A stretch of 64,000 bases of DNA from Nannocystis bainbridge (GCF_028368995.1 NZ_JAQNDL010000001.1:1024001-1088000), one strand, 5' to 3'; numbered from the stretch's first letter, positions 40,027 through 49,380 are shown. Translations and numbers: made by a program. Notes: a model not told the origin generated them from the letters alone.

Positions 40027-41577
40027 ATGAAAACGGACACGGACGTGATCGTCGTCGGCGCCGGCCACAACGGGTTGGTCGCGGCGCTGTTGCTCGCCAG
40101 GCGCGGCCTGCGAGTGCGGGTGCTCGAGGAGAAGGACGTCGTCGGCGGCGCCGTCCGCACCGAGAAGCCGTTCGCGCGCGCTCCCGACCTTGCGATCTCG
40201 ACCGGCGCCTACCTGCTCGGACTGATGCAGCCGGAGCTGCTGAAGATCACCGGCGTCGACCTGCCGCTGCGGCGCCGCGACCCGCACTACTTCCTGCCGA
40301 CCACCGACGGCCGCTACCTGCTGCTCGGCTCCGACGCCGCCGAGACCCGGCGCCAGTACGCCGCCTTCTCCTCCGAGGCCGACTGGCACGCCGACCAGGC
40401 GATGCAGGCCGAGCTGGCCCAGCTGCGCGAGGACCTGGCGCCGTCGTGGTTTCACGAGCCGCTGTCGCTCGAGGACACCGCCGAGCGCTACGTCCGCAGC
40501 TCGATGCGCCAGGTGTTCGTCGACCTGTGCCGCAAGCCGGTCGGCGACTACATCGATCGCTTCCCGTTCAAGAGCGACCTGATCCGGGCGATGTACGCCT
40601 CGACCGACGGCTTCACCGGCGTCTACGGCACCTGGGACACGCCGGGCACCGGCATGAACTTCCTCGTCCACAACATGTGCCGCCTGCCCGGCGCGGCCGG
40701 CACGTGGATGCTGGTCGAGGGCGGCATGGGCACCGTGTCGCAGAAGTTCGCCGCCGCCGCGCGGGCCGCCGGCGCCGTCATCGACACGAACAACGGCGTC
40801 CAGCAGATCCTGGTCGAAAACGGCGCCGCCGTCGGCGTGCTCACCCACAAGGGCGAGGAGCTGCGCGCGCGCGTGGTGCTCGTCGGCGCCGACCCGTTCC
40901 GCATGCGCGACATGGCCGGCCGCGACAACTTCCCCGCCGACTACAACACCCGCCTCGACTCGATGCGCCGCGACGGCACCTCGCTCAAGGTCAACCTCGC
41001 GCTCAAGGGCCTGCCGCAGTTCACCTGCCTGCCGGTCGACCGCGGCCAGTACGGCCCGACGATCCACCTGCTGCCCGACGAGGAGGTGGTGATCCGCAGC
41101 TTCGGCGAGGCGTTCCGCGCGGTCCAGGCCGGCAAGCTGCCCGACTTCCCGGTCATCGACTGGTACATCCACACCACCGTCGACCCGACCATGCGCGACC
41201 AACACGGCCACCACAACTCGGCCCTGTTCGTGTCATGGGTCCCCTACGAGCTCGCCGGCACCACCTGGGAGCAAGAGGAGAGCCGCTACGTCAAGCACCT
41301 GCTGTCGATCTGCGACCGCTTCGCCCCCGGCACCAGCGACCTGGTGGTCGACACGTTCGTGCTCCCTCCGCCGAAGATCGAGCAACACTTCGGCATCACC
41401 CGCGGCCACATCCTCCACGTCGACAACACCTACGGCTTCGACCAGCGCGTGCCCTACCGCCAGCCGATCGCCGGCCTCTACGCCGCCTCCGCCGGCACCC
41501 ACCCCGGCGGCGGCGTGATCGGCTGCGGCGGCCACAACGCCGCGATGGCCGCGCTCAAGGACCTCGGCCTGAACTGA
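40027..41577 (+). CDS. FAD-dependent oxidoreductase, phytoene-dehydrogenase-like (COG1233 type)
   Basis: VVGAGHNGLVAA dinucleotide fold, GGMGTVS, GTHPGGGVIGCGGHNAA. Confidence 0.92.
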   Translation: MKTDTDVIVVGAGHNGLVAALLLARRGLRVRVLEEKDVVGGAVRTEKPFARAPDLAISTGAYLLGLMQPELLKITGVDLPLRRRDPHYFLPTTDGRYLLLGSDAAETRRQYAAFSSEADWHADQAMQAELAQLREDLAPSWFHEPLSLEDTAERYVRSSMRQVFVDLCRKPVGDYIDRFPFKSDLIRAMYASTDGFTGVYGTWDTPGTGMNFLVHNMCRLPGAAGTWMLVEGGMGTVSQKFAAAARAAGAVIDTNNGVQQILVENGAAVGVLTHKGEELRARVVLVGADPFRMRDMAGRDNFPADYNTRLDSMRRDGTSLKVNLALKGLPQFTCLPVDRGQYGPTIHLLPDEEVVIRSFGEAFRAVQAGKLPDFPVIDWYIHTTVDPTMRDQHGHHNSALFVSWVPYELAGTTWEQEESRYVKHLLSICDRFAPGTSDLVVDTFVLPPPKIEQHFGITRGHILHVDNTYGFDQRVPYRQPIAGLYAASAGTHPGGGVIGCGGHNAAMAALKDLGLN

Positions 41578-41639
41578 AGGACATGCCCTCCGGGGCATGT
41601 GCTGAAGAGCATGTCGGAAGGGGCATGTTTTCAAAAACA
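41570..41639. repeat. Array of five 14-bp palindromic units beginning at a stop codon
   Basis: TGAACTGAAGGACA|TGCCCTCCGGGGCA|TGTGCTGAAGAGCA|TGTCGGAAGGGGCA|TGTTTTCAAAAACA. Confidence 0.8.
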
Positions 41640-41707
41640 TGCCCCTTCTTACGTCGCACCGCCGGCCTCCCCGGACCTCCCGGGAATGGCGATCCGGGCC
41701 GGCAGCG

Positions 41708-42265
41708 TCACCCGGGCCACACGCACATGCGCGGCCCGGTCTCCGTGAACGCCCAAAGATTGGTGCACGCGGACGCGAACGGCTCCGGACACTCGACGCA
41801 GCGCATCGCGGCGTCAGGGCAATCGGCGTCGACGTCACAGAGGACCAGACAGACCCCCGGGACCTCCGCGTCCAACGGGCAGATCGACTGCATCTGCAGC
41901 GGCGACGGCGGGCAGCGGACAAAGCCAGGCCCGAACTCGTCGCAGGACGGCCCGCATACCGAGCCCTCCGGCGCCTTCACGCACAGCTTGCACTCGTCGC
42001 CCTGCGGGCACGGCCCATGCTGGCCGAGCCCGTCGCCCAGGTCGACCGCCGGCTCCGGGTCCGGCTCGGGCGCCGTCGTCGGCTCGGGCGCCGTCGTCCC
42101 CTCCGACGTCGTCGTCGGCTCCATCGAAGCAGTCGTCCCCGTCGAAGCAGTCGTCCCCTGGCCTGTCGCTATCGACGACCCCTGATCGCCGCTGTCCGTC
42201 CCACCGCCCTTTTCGGGCCCACAGCCCACGATCCACACCAGCGCCAGCATCCGGCTCGCTCGCAT
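41708..42265 (-). CDS. Cys-rich lipoprotein
   Basis: LVWIVGC lipobox; Thr tether; about 12 Cys including CLVLCDVDADCP. Confidence 0.8.
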   Translation of the reverse strand: MRASRMLALVWIVGCGPEKGGGTDSGDQGSSIATGQGTTASTGTTASMEPTTTSEGTTAPEPTTAPEPDPEPAVDLGDGLGQHGPCPQGDECKLCVKAPEGSVCGPSCDEFGPGFVRCPPSPLQMQSICPLDAEVPGVCLVLCDVDADCPDAAMRCVECPEPFASACTNLWAFTETGPRMCVWPG

Positions 42266-42408
42266 CTCCTCATGATGGCCGCCCCCGGAGCGACCTGTCA
42301 ATCTTCGCCGCCGCACGCCTGTGGCCAAGGCGACCGCTCCCAGGTCCGCGCCGACGCCTCGCTCGCGCCGAAGCCGTCCGCGAGACCCGAGAGCGCCGCG
42401 GATACAGA

Positions 42409-42464
42409 TGTCCTGAGAGCCATGCACTTTAGAACATGTTCTTCACGACATGTTCGAAGAGCAC
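42409..42464. repeat. Array of four degenerate 14-bp palindromic units
   Basis: TGTCCTGAGAGCCA|TGCACTTTAGAACA|TGTTCTTCACGACA|TGTTCGAAGAGCAC. Confidence 0.7.
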
Positions 42465-42600
42465 AGCCCCACGCGTCAGCAGCCTCAGCCCGGCGACCAC
42501 GGTGCCCGGCGCGAGCGACCGCAGGACCCTGAGCCTGAACGGCGCCACGCAGCGCGCCAGCGCAGACAGCCCGCGATGCTTGCGGCAAGCTCGCGCCGCC

Positions 42601-42939
42601 ATGAACGCATCCGCTCCGCGTACCAAAGACCTGAGGAACCTCTTCATCATGGGCACCGCGGCCATTCCGGTGGGCCACGAGATCGAGTGCGTGACCTACA
42701 CGAAGACGAGCAAGGTGCTGCTCATGACCCACACGGCGAAGTACCAGCTGCTGACCGACCTGGTGACCGGCGTGGTGTACATGCCGTGGGTCAACGAAGG
42801 CGATACGCCGCCCTGGGAAGAGGACGACGTGGAGGTGGAGAGCCGAGTGCGCGGACGGGTTGTGCAATGCCTGGTCCAGACCATGACCCACGCCGACGGC
42901 ACCGCGGGCACCAGGCTGCTCGTGGAAGTGAGCCGGTGA
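42601..42939 (+). CDS. Hypothetical protein
   Basis: 112-aa ORF with host-like GC-ending codons; no family recognised. Confidence 0.65.
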   Translation: MNASAPRTKDLRNLFIMGTAAIPVGHEIECVTYTKTSKVLLMTHTAKYQLLTDLVTGVVYMPWVNEGDTPPWEEDDVEVESRVRGRVVQCLVQTMTHADGTAGTRLLVEVSR

Positions 42940-43210
42940 CCCTGGGCCCCGTTCGCCTCACGTAGGCGCCGTGAACGCGACGAACCTCTGCTCAAAGCAG
43001 ACGCTCACCGAAATTCATCGATCCCACGGTTGGCTCGAATGCTGGCGATCGCGTCGTCGAGAGTGATCGCCGCCGACTTCCTGCTCCCGCCTCTTCAAAG
43101 AAGAGACGCACCCGCGGCGCGCTGAATTCCCGCGTTCGAACCGTCCGCGTTTGCCCAGCGCGCAGGGCCCGCGCGCTCCGATTCCGCGCCAGGCGCGCGG
43201 CGCATTTTTT

Positions 43211-43240
43211 CGTGACACACTCGGGCTCCCGGCTCGCACT
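43211..43240 (+). promoter_or_regulatory. Putative ECF-dependent (autoregulatory) promoter CGTGACACAC-N14-CGCACT
   Basis: The same bipartite motif with the same spacing recurs at 43780-43809; this copy ends 8 nt before the sigma ATG. Confidence 0.7.
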
Positions 43241-43248
43241 CACCCGAC

Positions 43249-43887
43249 ATGCCCAGCTCCCGGCCCGCTCCGTCCGTCGAGGCGCTGCTCGCGTTGATGC
43301 AGCGCGGCGACCTGCGCGCGCTCGACCACCTCGCGCGGGCTTACGGCGAGCGGCTGCTCGCGGTCGCGCGGCGGCGCTGCGACCTGCGCGAGGACGCCGA
43401 GGACGCCGTGCAGCAGGCCCTGCTCGCGGCCGGCGCGGCGATGACCGGCTACCGCGGCGAGGGCTCTCCGCTGGCGTGGCTCTCGACCCTCGTCGCCCGC
43501 ACCTGCTGGCGGATGAACCGCAAGGCCGCGGCGACCGCCGACCTCGACGACGTCCCCTGCACCTGCGACGACCCGGCCGAGGTCGCCGAGCGGCGCGAGC
43601 TCGGCGCCAGCCTCGGCGACGCGCTCATGACCCTGTCGCGCACCGATCGCCTGGCCTTCTTGCTCGCCGCCGAGGGCGTCAGCAGCGTCGAGATCGCCGA
43701 GCGCTTCTCGCTCACACACGACGCCGTGCGCAGCCGGCTCAAGCGCGCCCGCAAGGTCCTGCGCGCCGCCCTCGAAAATCGTGACACACCGCCGGCCCGC
43801 GGCCGCACTGCATCGACGAGCCCCACGAAAGGACCGCTCTTCGATGACGACCTCGCCCAATTCCTCGCCCCATCACCGCAGCGATGA
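43249..43887 (+). CDS. ECF sigma-70 factor with CxC linker motif
   Basis: DAEDAVQQA, AWLSTLVAR, PCTC between regions 2 and 4, EIAERFSLTHDAVRSRLKRAR. Confidence 0.9.
   Translation: MPSSRPAPSVEALLALMQRGDLRALDHLARAYGERLLAVARRRCDLREDAEDAVQQALLAAGAAMTGYRGEGSPLAWLSTLVARTCWRMNRKAAATADLDDVPCTCDDPAEVAERRELGASLGDALMTLSRTDRLAFLLAAEGVSSVEIAERFSLTHDAVRSRLKRARKVLRAALENRDTPPARGRTASTSPTKGPLFDDDLAQFLAPSPQR
43780..43809 (+). promoter_or_regulatory. Second copy of the putative ECF promoter, upstream of thioredoxin
   Basis: CGTGACACAC-CGCCGGCCCGCGGC-CGCACT, followed by AAAGGA RBS and ATG 43844. Confidence 0.7.
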
Positions 43888-44173
43888 CGCCTCGTTCGCC
43901 GCCGACGTCGCGGCCTCGCCCTACGTCCTCGTCAAGTTCGCCGGCGCCTGGTGCCCGCCCTGCCGCGCGCTCCAGCCGACCCTCGACGCGATCGCCCGCG
44001 ACCGCAGCGACCTCGCGGTGTTCGACGTCGACGTCGACGCCAGCCACGCCCTCGCCGAGCGGTTCGGCGTGCGCAGCATCCCGACCCTGGTCGCCTTCCG
44101 CGACGGCCAGCCGATCGGCCAGCTCGTCGGCAACCAGCCGCGCGCCCGCATCGAGGCGCTGCTGCGCGGCTGA
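43844..44173 (+). CDS. Thioredoxin
   Basis: VLVKFAGAWCPPC, FGVRSIPTL; RBS AAAGGA. Confidence 0.93.
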   Translation: MTTSPNSSPHHRSDDASFAADVAASPYVLVKFAGAWCPPCRALQPTLDAIARDRSDLAVFDVDVDASHALAERFGVRSIPTLVAFRDGQPIGQLVGNQPRARIEALLRG

Positions 44174-44202
44174 TCACCGGCTCCACGCGGCCGGCCCGCG
44201 CA

Positions 44203-44454
44203 TGTCTCTCGGGGCATGTTCTCGGGGGCATGGCACGACAGGCATGTCTCCGAGTACATGTTATCGCGAGGCATGCTCCCGCGGCATGATCTCGGGGGCA
44301 TGTCCCGACAGGCATGTCTCCGAGGACATGTTCTCGCGAGGCATGCTCCCGGGCATGCTCTCGGGGGCATGTCCCGACAGGCATGTCTCCGAGGGCATGT
44401 TCTCGCGGAGCATGATCTCGGGGGCCTGCCCTGGGCAGGATGTCCCCGCGGACC
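44203..44454. repeat. Long array (~18 units) of 14-bp palindromic units with ~70-bp higher-order repeat
   Basis: CATG junctions at 44201, 44215, 44229, 44243, 44257, 44272, 44285, 44299, 44313, 44327, 44342, 44354, 44368, 44382, 44396, 44411; block CGACAGGCATGTCTCCGAG occurs three times. Confidence 0.92.
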
Positions 44455-44487
44455 TCTCGAGCAGCCTGCGCGCGCCTGCGCGGCGGC

Positions 44488-45615
44488 CTACCCGAGCTCG
44501 GCCAGGCCGCCGGTCAGGCCCAGCGCCTTGAACAGCTCGGCCAGCTTCTTGGCGGGGATCCGCTTGCTCGCCGCGGCCTCGACGCGCGGCATGGCGAACG
44601 CGAACGCGTCGAGGTCGGCGAAGCCGCGCTCCGCGTCGAACGAGTCGCTCTCGTGCTCGTAGCCGAGCACGCGGCCGGTGGTGGTGTCGAGCAGGTGCAT
44701 GTTGCCGGAGCCGTCGGCGGACAGGCCGACGTAGCGCTCGTCGGCCGCGCCCGCCAGCCCCTGCTTCACGCAGTCGAAGCCGTACGTGCCCGACACGTCG
44801 AAGCGCTGCCCGAGCCACGGGAACCGGCCGCTGCGGACCAGCGCGTCGAAGGCCCGGGCGGCCGCGCGATGCCCCTCCGGCAGGCGGTCGATCCACTGCG
44901 CCAGCGGACGGGAGTCGGCGGCCAGCTCGGTGACGCGACGGCCGTTCGGGAAGAACGCCGCCAGGTCGCGCTCGAACTCGCCGCGCGCCACGTAGCCCGG
45001 CAGGCTCGCTGGCGTCGCCTCCTGGCCCCACGCCTTGATCGGCTTCGGTTGCACGATCTCCTGCCCGTCGCGGTCGAAGAACGCGGTGCTCTTGCGCTTG
45101 CCGTCGACGAACTCGGACACCCCGCGGTGCGGATGCGGCTTCGGCAGCTTGACGTCGTGTGCGCCGATCACCGTGTCACCGAAGCGGAGGATCTCGCCCT
45201 CGGTGATCTTCAGCCAGTCGAAGCGGCCGTGCAGCCGACCGCCGCGCCACGACGCGACCAGGGCGACCGCGCCGAACGGATAGCCGTGAAAGGTCGCGCG
45301 GACGATCGCGCCGTCCTCGTACACCGCCTCGATGCGGGTGGTCAGCGACGGGCCGATCGGGAGCCCGTACTGCTGCTGCAGCGCGATCGCGGCCCGCCGC
45401 GGCTCCTCGCCGTAGTTGAACTCGGGGTGGTTGGTGACCCACTCGACCGCGCCGTGGAGCTTGCCGGCGCGCAGGTTGGCGTCGAGCAGCGGCTGGCCGT
45501 CGCGATACCAGCGGCGGACCACGGTCTCGCTGTCCTCGCGCCACTGCGCGGACTCGGGATCGTAGGTGGCGGAGGCCGGGACGTGCTCGGGACGGGGCGG
45601 GCTGGCGGCGGTCAT
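44488..45615 (-). CDS. Hypothetical protein with MORN-like repeats and SMI1/KNR4(SUKH)-like C-terminus
   Basis: RRWYRDGQ...GKLHG and GRLHG repeats; C-terminal LSADGSGNMHLLDTTTGRVLGYEHE. Confidence 0.65.
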   Translation of the reverse strand: MTAASPPRPEHVPASATYDPESAQWREDSETVVRRWYRDGQPLLDANLRAGKLHGAVEWVTNHPEFNYGEEPRRAAIALQQQYGLPIGPSLTTRIEAVYEDGAIVRATFHGYPFGAVALVASWRGGRLHGRFDWLKITEGEILRFGDTVIGAHDVKLPKPHPHRGVSEFVDGKRKSTAFFDRDGQEIVQPKPIKAWGQEATPASLPGYVARGEFERDLAAFFPNGRRVTELAADSRPLAQWIDRLPEGHRAAARAFDALVRSGRFPWLGQRFDVSGTYGFDCVKQGLAGAADERYVGLSADGSGNMHLLDTTTGRVLGYEHESDSFDAERGFADLDAFAFAMPRVEAAASKRIPAKKLAELFKALGLTGGLAELG

Positions 45616-45719
45616 CGGCGCGACTTGGTACCACAATTCGCGGGCCGGACGCGCGCGCGCTCGCGCCCGCCATCGCCGGCCTGTCGCCCCGTGGAACCCC
45701 TGAACACATCGCGCGAAAA

Positions 45720-45863
45720 TGTCTCTTAAGACATGTCCAATGGGCCATGTCATCGCGCGTCAGGGCGGCGACGTCGGCGCGCACGGACGAACATGTCCCC
45801 GGGGACATATTTTAAACAGCATGTCCGCGAGAACATGCCCGATCGCGCATGTCCGGGCGGACA
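45720..45863. repeat. Two adjacent arrays of 14-bp palindromic units
   Basis: TGTCTCTTAAGACA|TGTCCAATGGGCCA at 45720; TGTCCCCGGGGACA|TATTTTAAACAGCA|TGTCCGCGAGAACA|TGCCCGATCGCGCA|TGTCCGGGCGGACA at 45794. Confidence 0.85.
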
Positions 45864-45870
45864 CCCGCGC

Positions 45871-46356
45871 TCACGCCCGCCGCGCGGCCGGCTTCTTCGC
45901 GCTCTTCTTCTTCTTGTGCGAGCACGGCCCGCCGCGCTTCTCCAGCCGCGCCAGCTCCCCCGCCAGGGTGCGCTCGGCCAGCACCGCCAGGCTCGCCTGC
46001 TCGAGCTCGTGCGACAGCTCGCTGAACATCAGCTCCATGTTGGCCGTGACGACGCAGCGGCGCGGGATGTCGGAGCGGCCGGCGAACAGGCCGCGCTCGC
46101 CGAGCACCGCCAGATAGACCTCGCGCAGCGTGATCGCCCCGGCCGGCCGGGCCAGGCGCGAGCCGCCCTTGACCCCCATCGTCGTGACGATCAGGCCCGC
46201 CGCCGCCAGCGTCGCCAGCAGCTTGCGGATCAGCGACGGGTTGGTCGCCAGCCCCTCGGCCAGCGCCGAGGACGAGAGCAAGCCCGCGTCCTCGCGCTCG
46301 GCGAGCGCCAGCATGAGCATCAGCTGCAGCGCCGAGGCGAACCGAACGTCCACCAT
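45871..46356 (-). CDS. Rrf2 family transcriptional regulator
   Basis: RFASALQLML, SSSALAEGLATNPSLIRKLL, GVKGGSRLARPAGAITLREVYLAV. Confidence 0.93.
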   Translation of the reverse strand: MVDVRFASALQLMLMLALAEREDAGLLSSSALAEGLATNPSLIRKLLATLAAAGLIVTTMGVKGGSRLARPAGAITLREVYLAVLGERGLFAGRSDIPRRCVVTANMELMFSELSHELEQASLAVLAERTLAGELARLEKRGGPCSHKKKKSAKKPAARRA

Positions 46357-46380
46357 GCGCGAGGTGTAGCACGCGGGCCC

Positions 46381-47436
46381 TCAGCCCGGTAGCCGCGGAT
46401 AGTCGGTGAGGCCGGCCGCGCCCGGCGAGTAGAAAGTGGCCCGCTGGGGCTCGTTGAGCGCCGCACGCGCGGCGAAGCGGGCCGGCAGATCGGGGTTGGC
46501 GATGAACAGCCGCCCGAACACCGCGCCGTCGATCTGCCGCTCCGCCACCAGCACCTCGGCCTCGCCCTGCGAGAGATCGCCGGCGCCCAGCAGCGTGCCG
46601 CGGTAGTGCGGGCGCAGCTGGGCGAACGACAGCCCCGGGCCGCTGCCGCGCTCGCGGTCGTCGGCGGTCGTGCGCGTCACGTGCACGTACGCCAGCTCGC
46701 GCCGCGAGAGCGCCTGCAAGATCGCCGGGAATTCGGCCTGCCCGGCCGGATCGGGCTTGCCGTCGACCATCGCGCTCGGCGACAGCTTGAGCCCGAGCCG
46801 CCCCGCGCCCACGACCGCCTGCAGGCGATCGAGCAGCTCGTTCAGCAGCCGCAGCCTGCCCGTCAGCGAGCCGCCGTAGGCGTCGGTGCGGGCGTTGGTG
46901 GCCGCCCTCAAGAAGCGATCGAACAAATTGCCGCTGCTCGCGTGCATCTCGATCATGTCGAAGCCGAGGTCGTGCACGACCCGCGCGGCCCGCTCGAAGC
47001 CCGCGACCGCGCCGGCGATGTCGTCATCCGAGAGCATCGCCGGCCGGACTTCGTCGGTGACCGCCCACCACGGCGGCGCTCCCGGCCGCTCGGCGCGCGC
47101 GAGCCCGACGTCGAACAACTGCGCGGCGATCCGGCCGCCGGCCGCGTGCACCTGCCGGACCACGCGGCCCCACCCCGCCTGCTGCTCGGGCGTGTAGATC
47201 GCCGCCAGGTCGGGGAAGCCGGCCCCGAACGGCCGCACCGCCAGCGCCTCGCTGATGATGAGCCCGGCCCCGGCCCGCTGCGCGTAGTACTCGGCCATCA
47301 GCTCGGTCGGCGCCAGCCCGACGTCGGAGCGCAGCCGGGTCATCGGCGCCATGATCACCCGGTTCGGCAGCTCGAGCGCGCCGAGCCGCAGCCGTTCCAA
47401 CAGGAGAGAACCAGTTTGTCCAGCCATCTGTGACAT
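46381..47436 (-). CDS. Alkene reductase / old yellow enzyme (NemA-like)
   Basis: LPNRVIMAPMTR, YYAQRAGAGLIISE, NARTDAYGGS, FGRLFIANPDL, GLTDYP. Confidence 0.93.
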   Translation of the reverse strand: MSQMAGQTGSLLLERLRLGALELPNRVIMAPMTRLRSDVGLAPTELMAEYYAQRAGAGLIISEALAVRPFGAGFPDLAAIYTPEQQAGWGRVVRQVHAAGGRIAAQLFDVGLARAERPGAPPWWAVTDEVRPAMLSDDDIAGAVAGFERAARVVHDLGFDMIEMHASSGNLFDRFLRAATNARTDAYGGSLTGRLRLLNELLDRLQAVVGAGRLGLKLSPSAMVDGKPDPAGQAEFPAILQALSRRELAYVHVTRTTADDRERGSGPGLSFAQLRPHYRGTLLGAGDLSQGEAEVLVAERQIDGAVFGRLFIANPDLPARFAARAALNEPQRATFYSPGAAGLTDYPRLPG

Positions 47437-47588
47437 TGACTAGCTCACTTCATTTTTAACTGCAAGCATGACAAGAACACATCGGGCCGCGCGCGCCCGC
47501 TCGCTTGATTTTCGTGGCGCCGCCCGGAAATAGTTCTATAAGAGATACAGTTACCCGCCCGCCCTCGCGGGCGACCTCAGGAGCAGGC

Positions 47589-48317
47589 ATGGACATCGGC
47601 ATCATCGGTTCAGGACACATCGGCGGCAGCCTCACCCGGCGGCTCACCGCGCTCGGGCACCAGGTCCGCGTCGCCAACTCGCGCGGCCCCGCCAGCCTCG
47701 CCGCGCTCGCGGCCGAGACCGGCGCGACCGCGGCCACCGTCGAGGAGGCCGCCCGCGCGCGCGACCTCGTCGTCGTCACCATCCCGCAAAAGGCGATCCC
47801 GAGGCTGCCGCGCGACCTGTTCGCCGCGACACCCGCCGGCGCCGTCATCGTCGACACCGGCAACTACTACCCCGAGCTGCGCGACGGCCCGATCGCCGAG
47901 CTCGAGGCCGGCCTGAACGACAGCGAGTGGGTCGCGCGTCAGCTCGGTCGCCCGGTGATCAAGGCCTTCAACAACGTCGTGGCCCGCACCCTGTTCCGCG
48001 GCGGCCTGCCGGCGGGCGCGCCCGGGCGGATCGCCCTGTCGGCCGCCGGCGACGACGAGCAGGCCAAGCGGCGGGTCCTGCAGCTGATCGACGAGCTCGG
48101 CTTCGACGGCGTCGACGGCGGCACCCTGGCCGACTCGTGGCGGCAGCAGGTCGGCAGCCCGGCCTACTGCAAGGACCTCGAGGCCGGCGCGCTGCGGGCC
48201 GCGCTCGCGGCCGCCGAGCGCGACAAGGTCGCCGACTACCGCCGCGAGGGCGAGGCCTTCGTGATCAAGCTGATCGCCGAGAGCGGCGGCAACCTCGACG
48301 CTCTGGCCGCGCCGTAG
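47589..48317 (+). CDS. NAD(P)-dependent oxidoreductase, F420-dependent NADP reductase family
   Basis: IGIIGSGHIG, ANSRGP, VDTGNYYP, IKAFNN, DSWRQQ. Confidence 0.92.
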   Translation: MDIGIIGSGHIGGSLTRRLTALGHQVRVANSRGPASLAALAAETGATAATVEEAARARDLVVVTIPQKAIPRLPRDLFAATPAGAVIVDTGNYYPELRDGPIAELEAGLNDSEWVARQLGRPVIKAFNNVVARTLFRGGLPAGAPGRIALSAAGDDEQAKRRVLQLIDELGFDGVDGGTLADSWRQQVGSPAYCKDLEAGALRAALAAAERDKVADYRREGEAFVIKLIAESGGNLDALAAP

Positions 48318-48318
48318 A

Positions 48319-49062
48319 TCACAGCCGCGACGAGGTCAGCTGGCGCTCGATCTCGTCGCCGGTCTTGGCGCCGGCGGGGAACACCCGCGACACCAGATAG
48401 ACGATGTCCTGCACGACCCGCCAGGTCGCCTCCTCGACCCGCGTGGTCGTCTCGAGCAGCGTCACCGGCTCGGCGGTGCGCGACGGCATCAGCCGCAAGG
48501 TGATGCCGTCGGGCGCCGCGTCGGCGCGCAGCAGCGGGAACGCGGCCGTGCTCCACACGTACGACTCGAGGCCGCGGGCCAGGCCGGAGCGGCCGGTGCT
48601 ATCGTCGCGCCAGAACACCGTCGCGCCCTTCGGACCGGCGAGCAACACCCCGCGGACGTCGAACGGCAGGGCCTCGCGGTGGCGCAGGTCGGCGGCCTGG
48701 GCCGGGACCTGCAGCGGGCCGGGGTCGACGGTGATGACGCGCAGGTCGTCGAGGTGCAGCTCGGTCAGCGGCGCCGGGCTCAGCGAGCAGCGGAGGTTGA
48801 TGTCCTCGGCCAGCAAGAACACGTCGCCGTCCTCGATGCGGTAGTTGGTGACCTTGCAGCCGCGCAGCTCGAGCCCGGTGGTCGAGTTCTGGTCGACCAT
48901 GTAAAAATTGTCGCCGCGCCGCACGATCTTGCAGTGCTTGCGCGAGACGGCCCCGCTGCGGATCGGGAGGTCGTTGTCGCGGGTGCGGCCGATCGAGAAC
49001 TCGTCGGTGCCGACGCCGATCCGCCGTCCGGCGCACGTCAGCACGAGCGGGATATTCGCCAT
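48319..49062 (-). CDS. FHA-domain protein
   Basis: IGRTRDNDL, VSRKHC, VDQNSTTG, IEDGD. Confidence 0.85.
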   Translation of the reverse strand: MANIPLVLTCAGRRIGVGTDEFSIGRTRDNDLPIRSGAVSRKHCKIVRRGDNFYMVDQNSTTGLELRGCKVTNYRIEDGDVFLLAEDINLRCSLSPAPLTELHLDDLRVITVDPGPLQVPAQAADLRHREALPFDVRGVLLAGPKGATVFWRDDSTGRSGLARGLESYVWSTAAFPLLRADAAPDGITLRLMPSRTAEPVTLLETTTRVEEATWRVVQDIVYLVSRVFPAGAKTGDEIERQLTSSRL

Positions 49063-49380
49063 TGCCCGGGATGCTAAGCCAACCCGGGCCCTCGCGGGGC
49101 GCGCGGCGCTCGTGAACTAGCGCGTGGTCCCGCCCGGATCATGCGCGGCCACGAGCCATGAGTCCGCATCCTCGGGCGTGCGGCGGAGCGCGCAGTCACG
49201 CGCTGTCAAATTCGCCTCGTGGAAGTCAAAGGCCCGCTCGCGACCGGCGCCAACTGCACAGTTATTCAGCCCGCGCGAGCCCGTAGGCGGGCTCCTAGGC
49301 CCCTGAATTCCCCGAATTGTTGCCCCCGCGGCGCCCGATCTGATAGCGCCGCCCAGGTGCCCAGCAGCAAGAACCGCCGG

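Noticed and set aside
43125-43150. tRNA-like GTTCGAAC T-loop
   Set aside because: The flanks do not pair as a T-stem and no cloverleaf can be built.
44203-44454. CRISPR array
   Set aside because: The period is 14 bp with degenerate units, there are no 25-45-bp identical repeats with unique spacers, and no cas genes are in the window.
43884-44662. ORFs with repeated GMS/ACS/RHV/TCP peptides (43884-44531, 44216-44662; similar at 45719 and 50899)
   Set aside because: These are translations of the palindrome arrays; they overlap real genes and have no coding signature.
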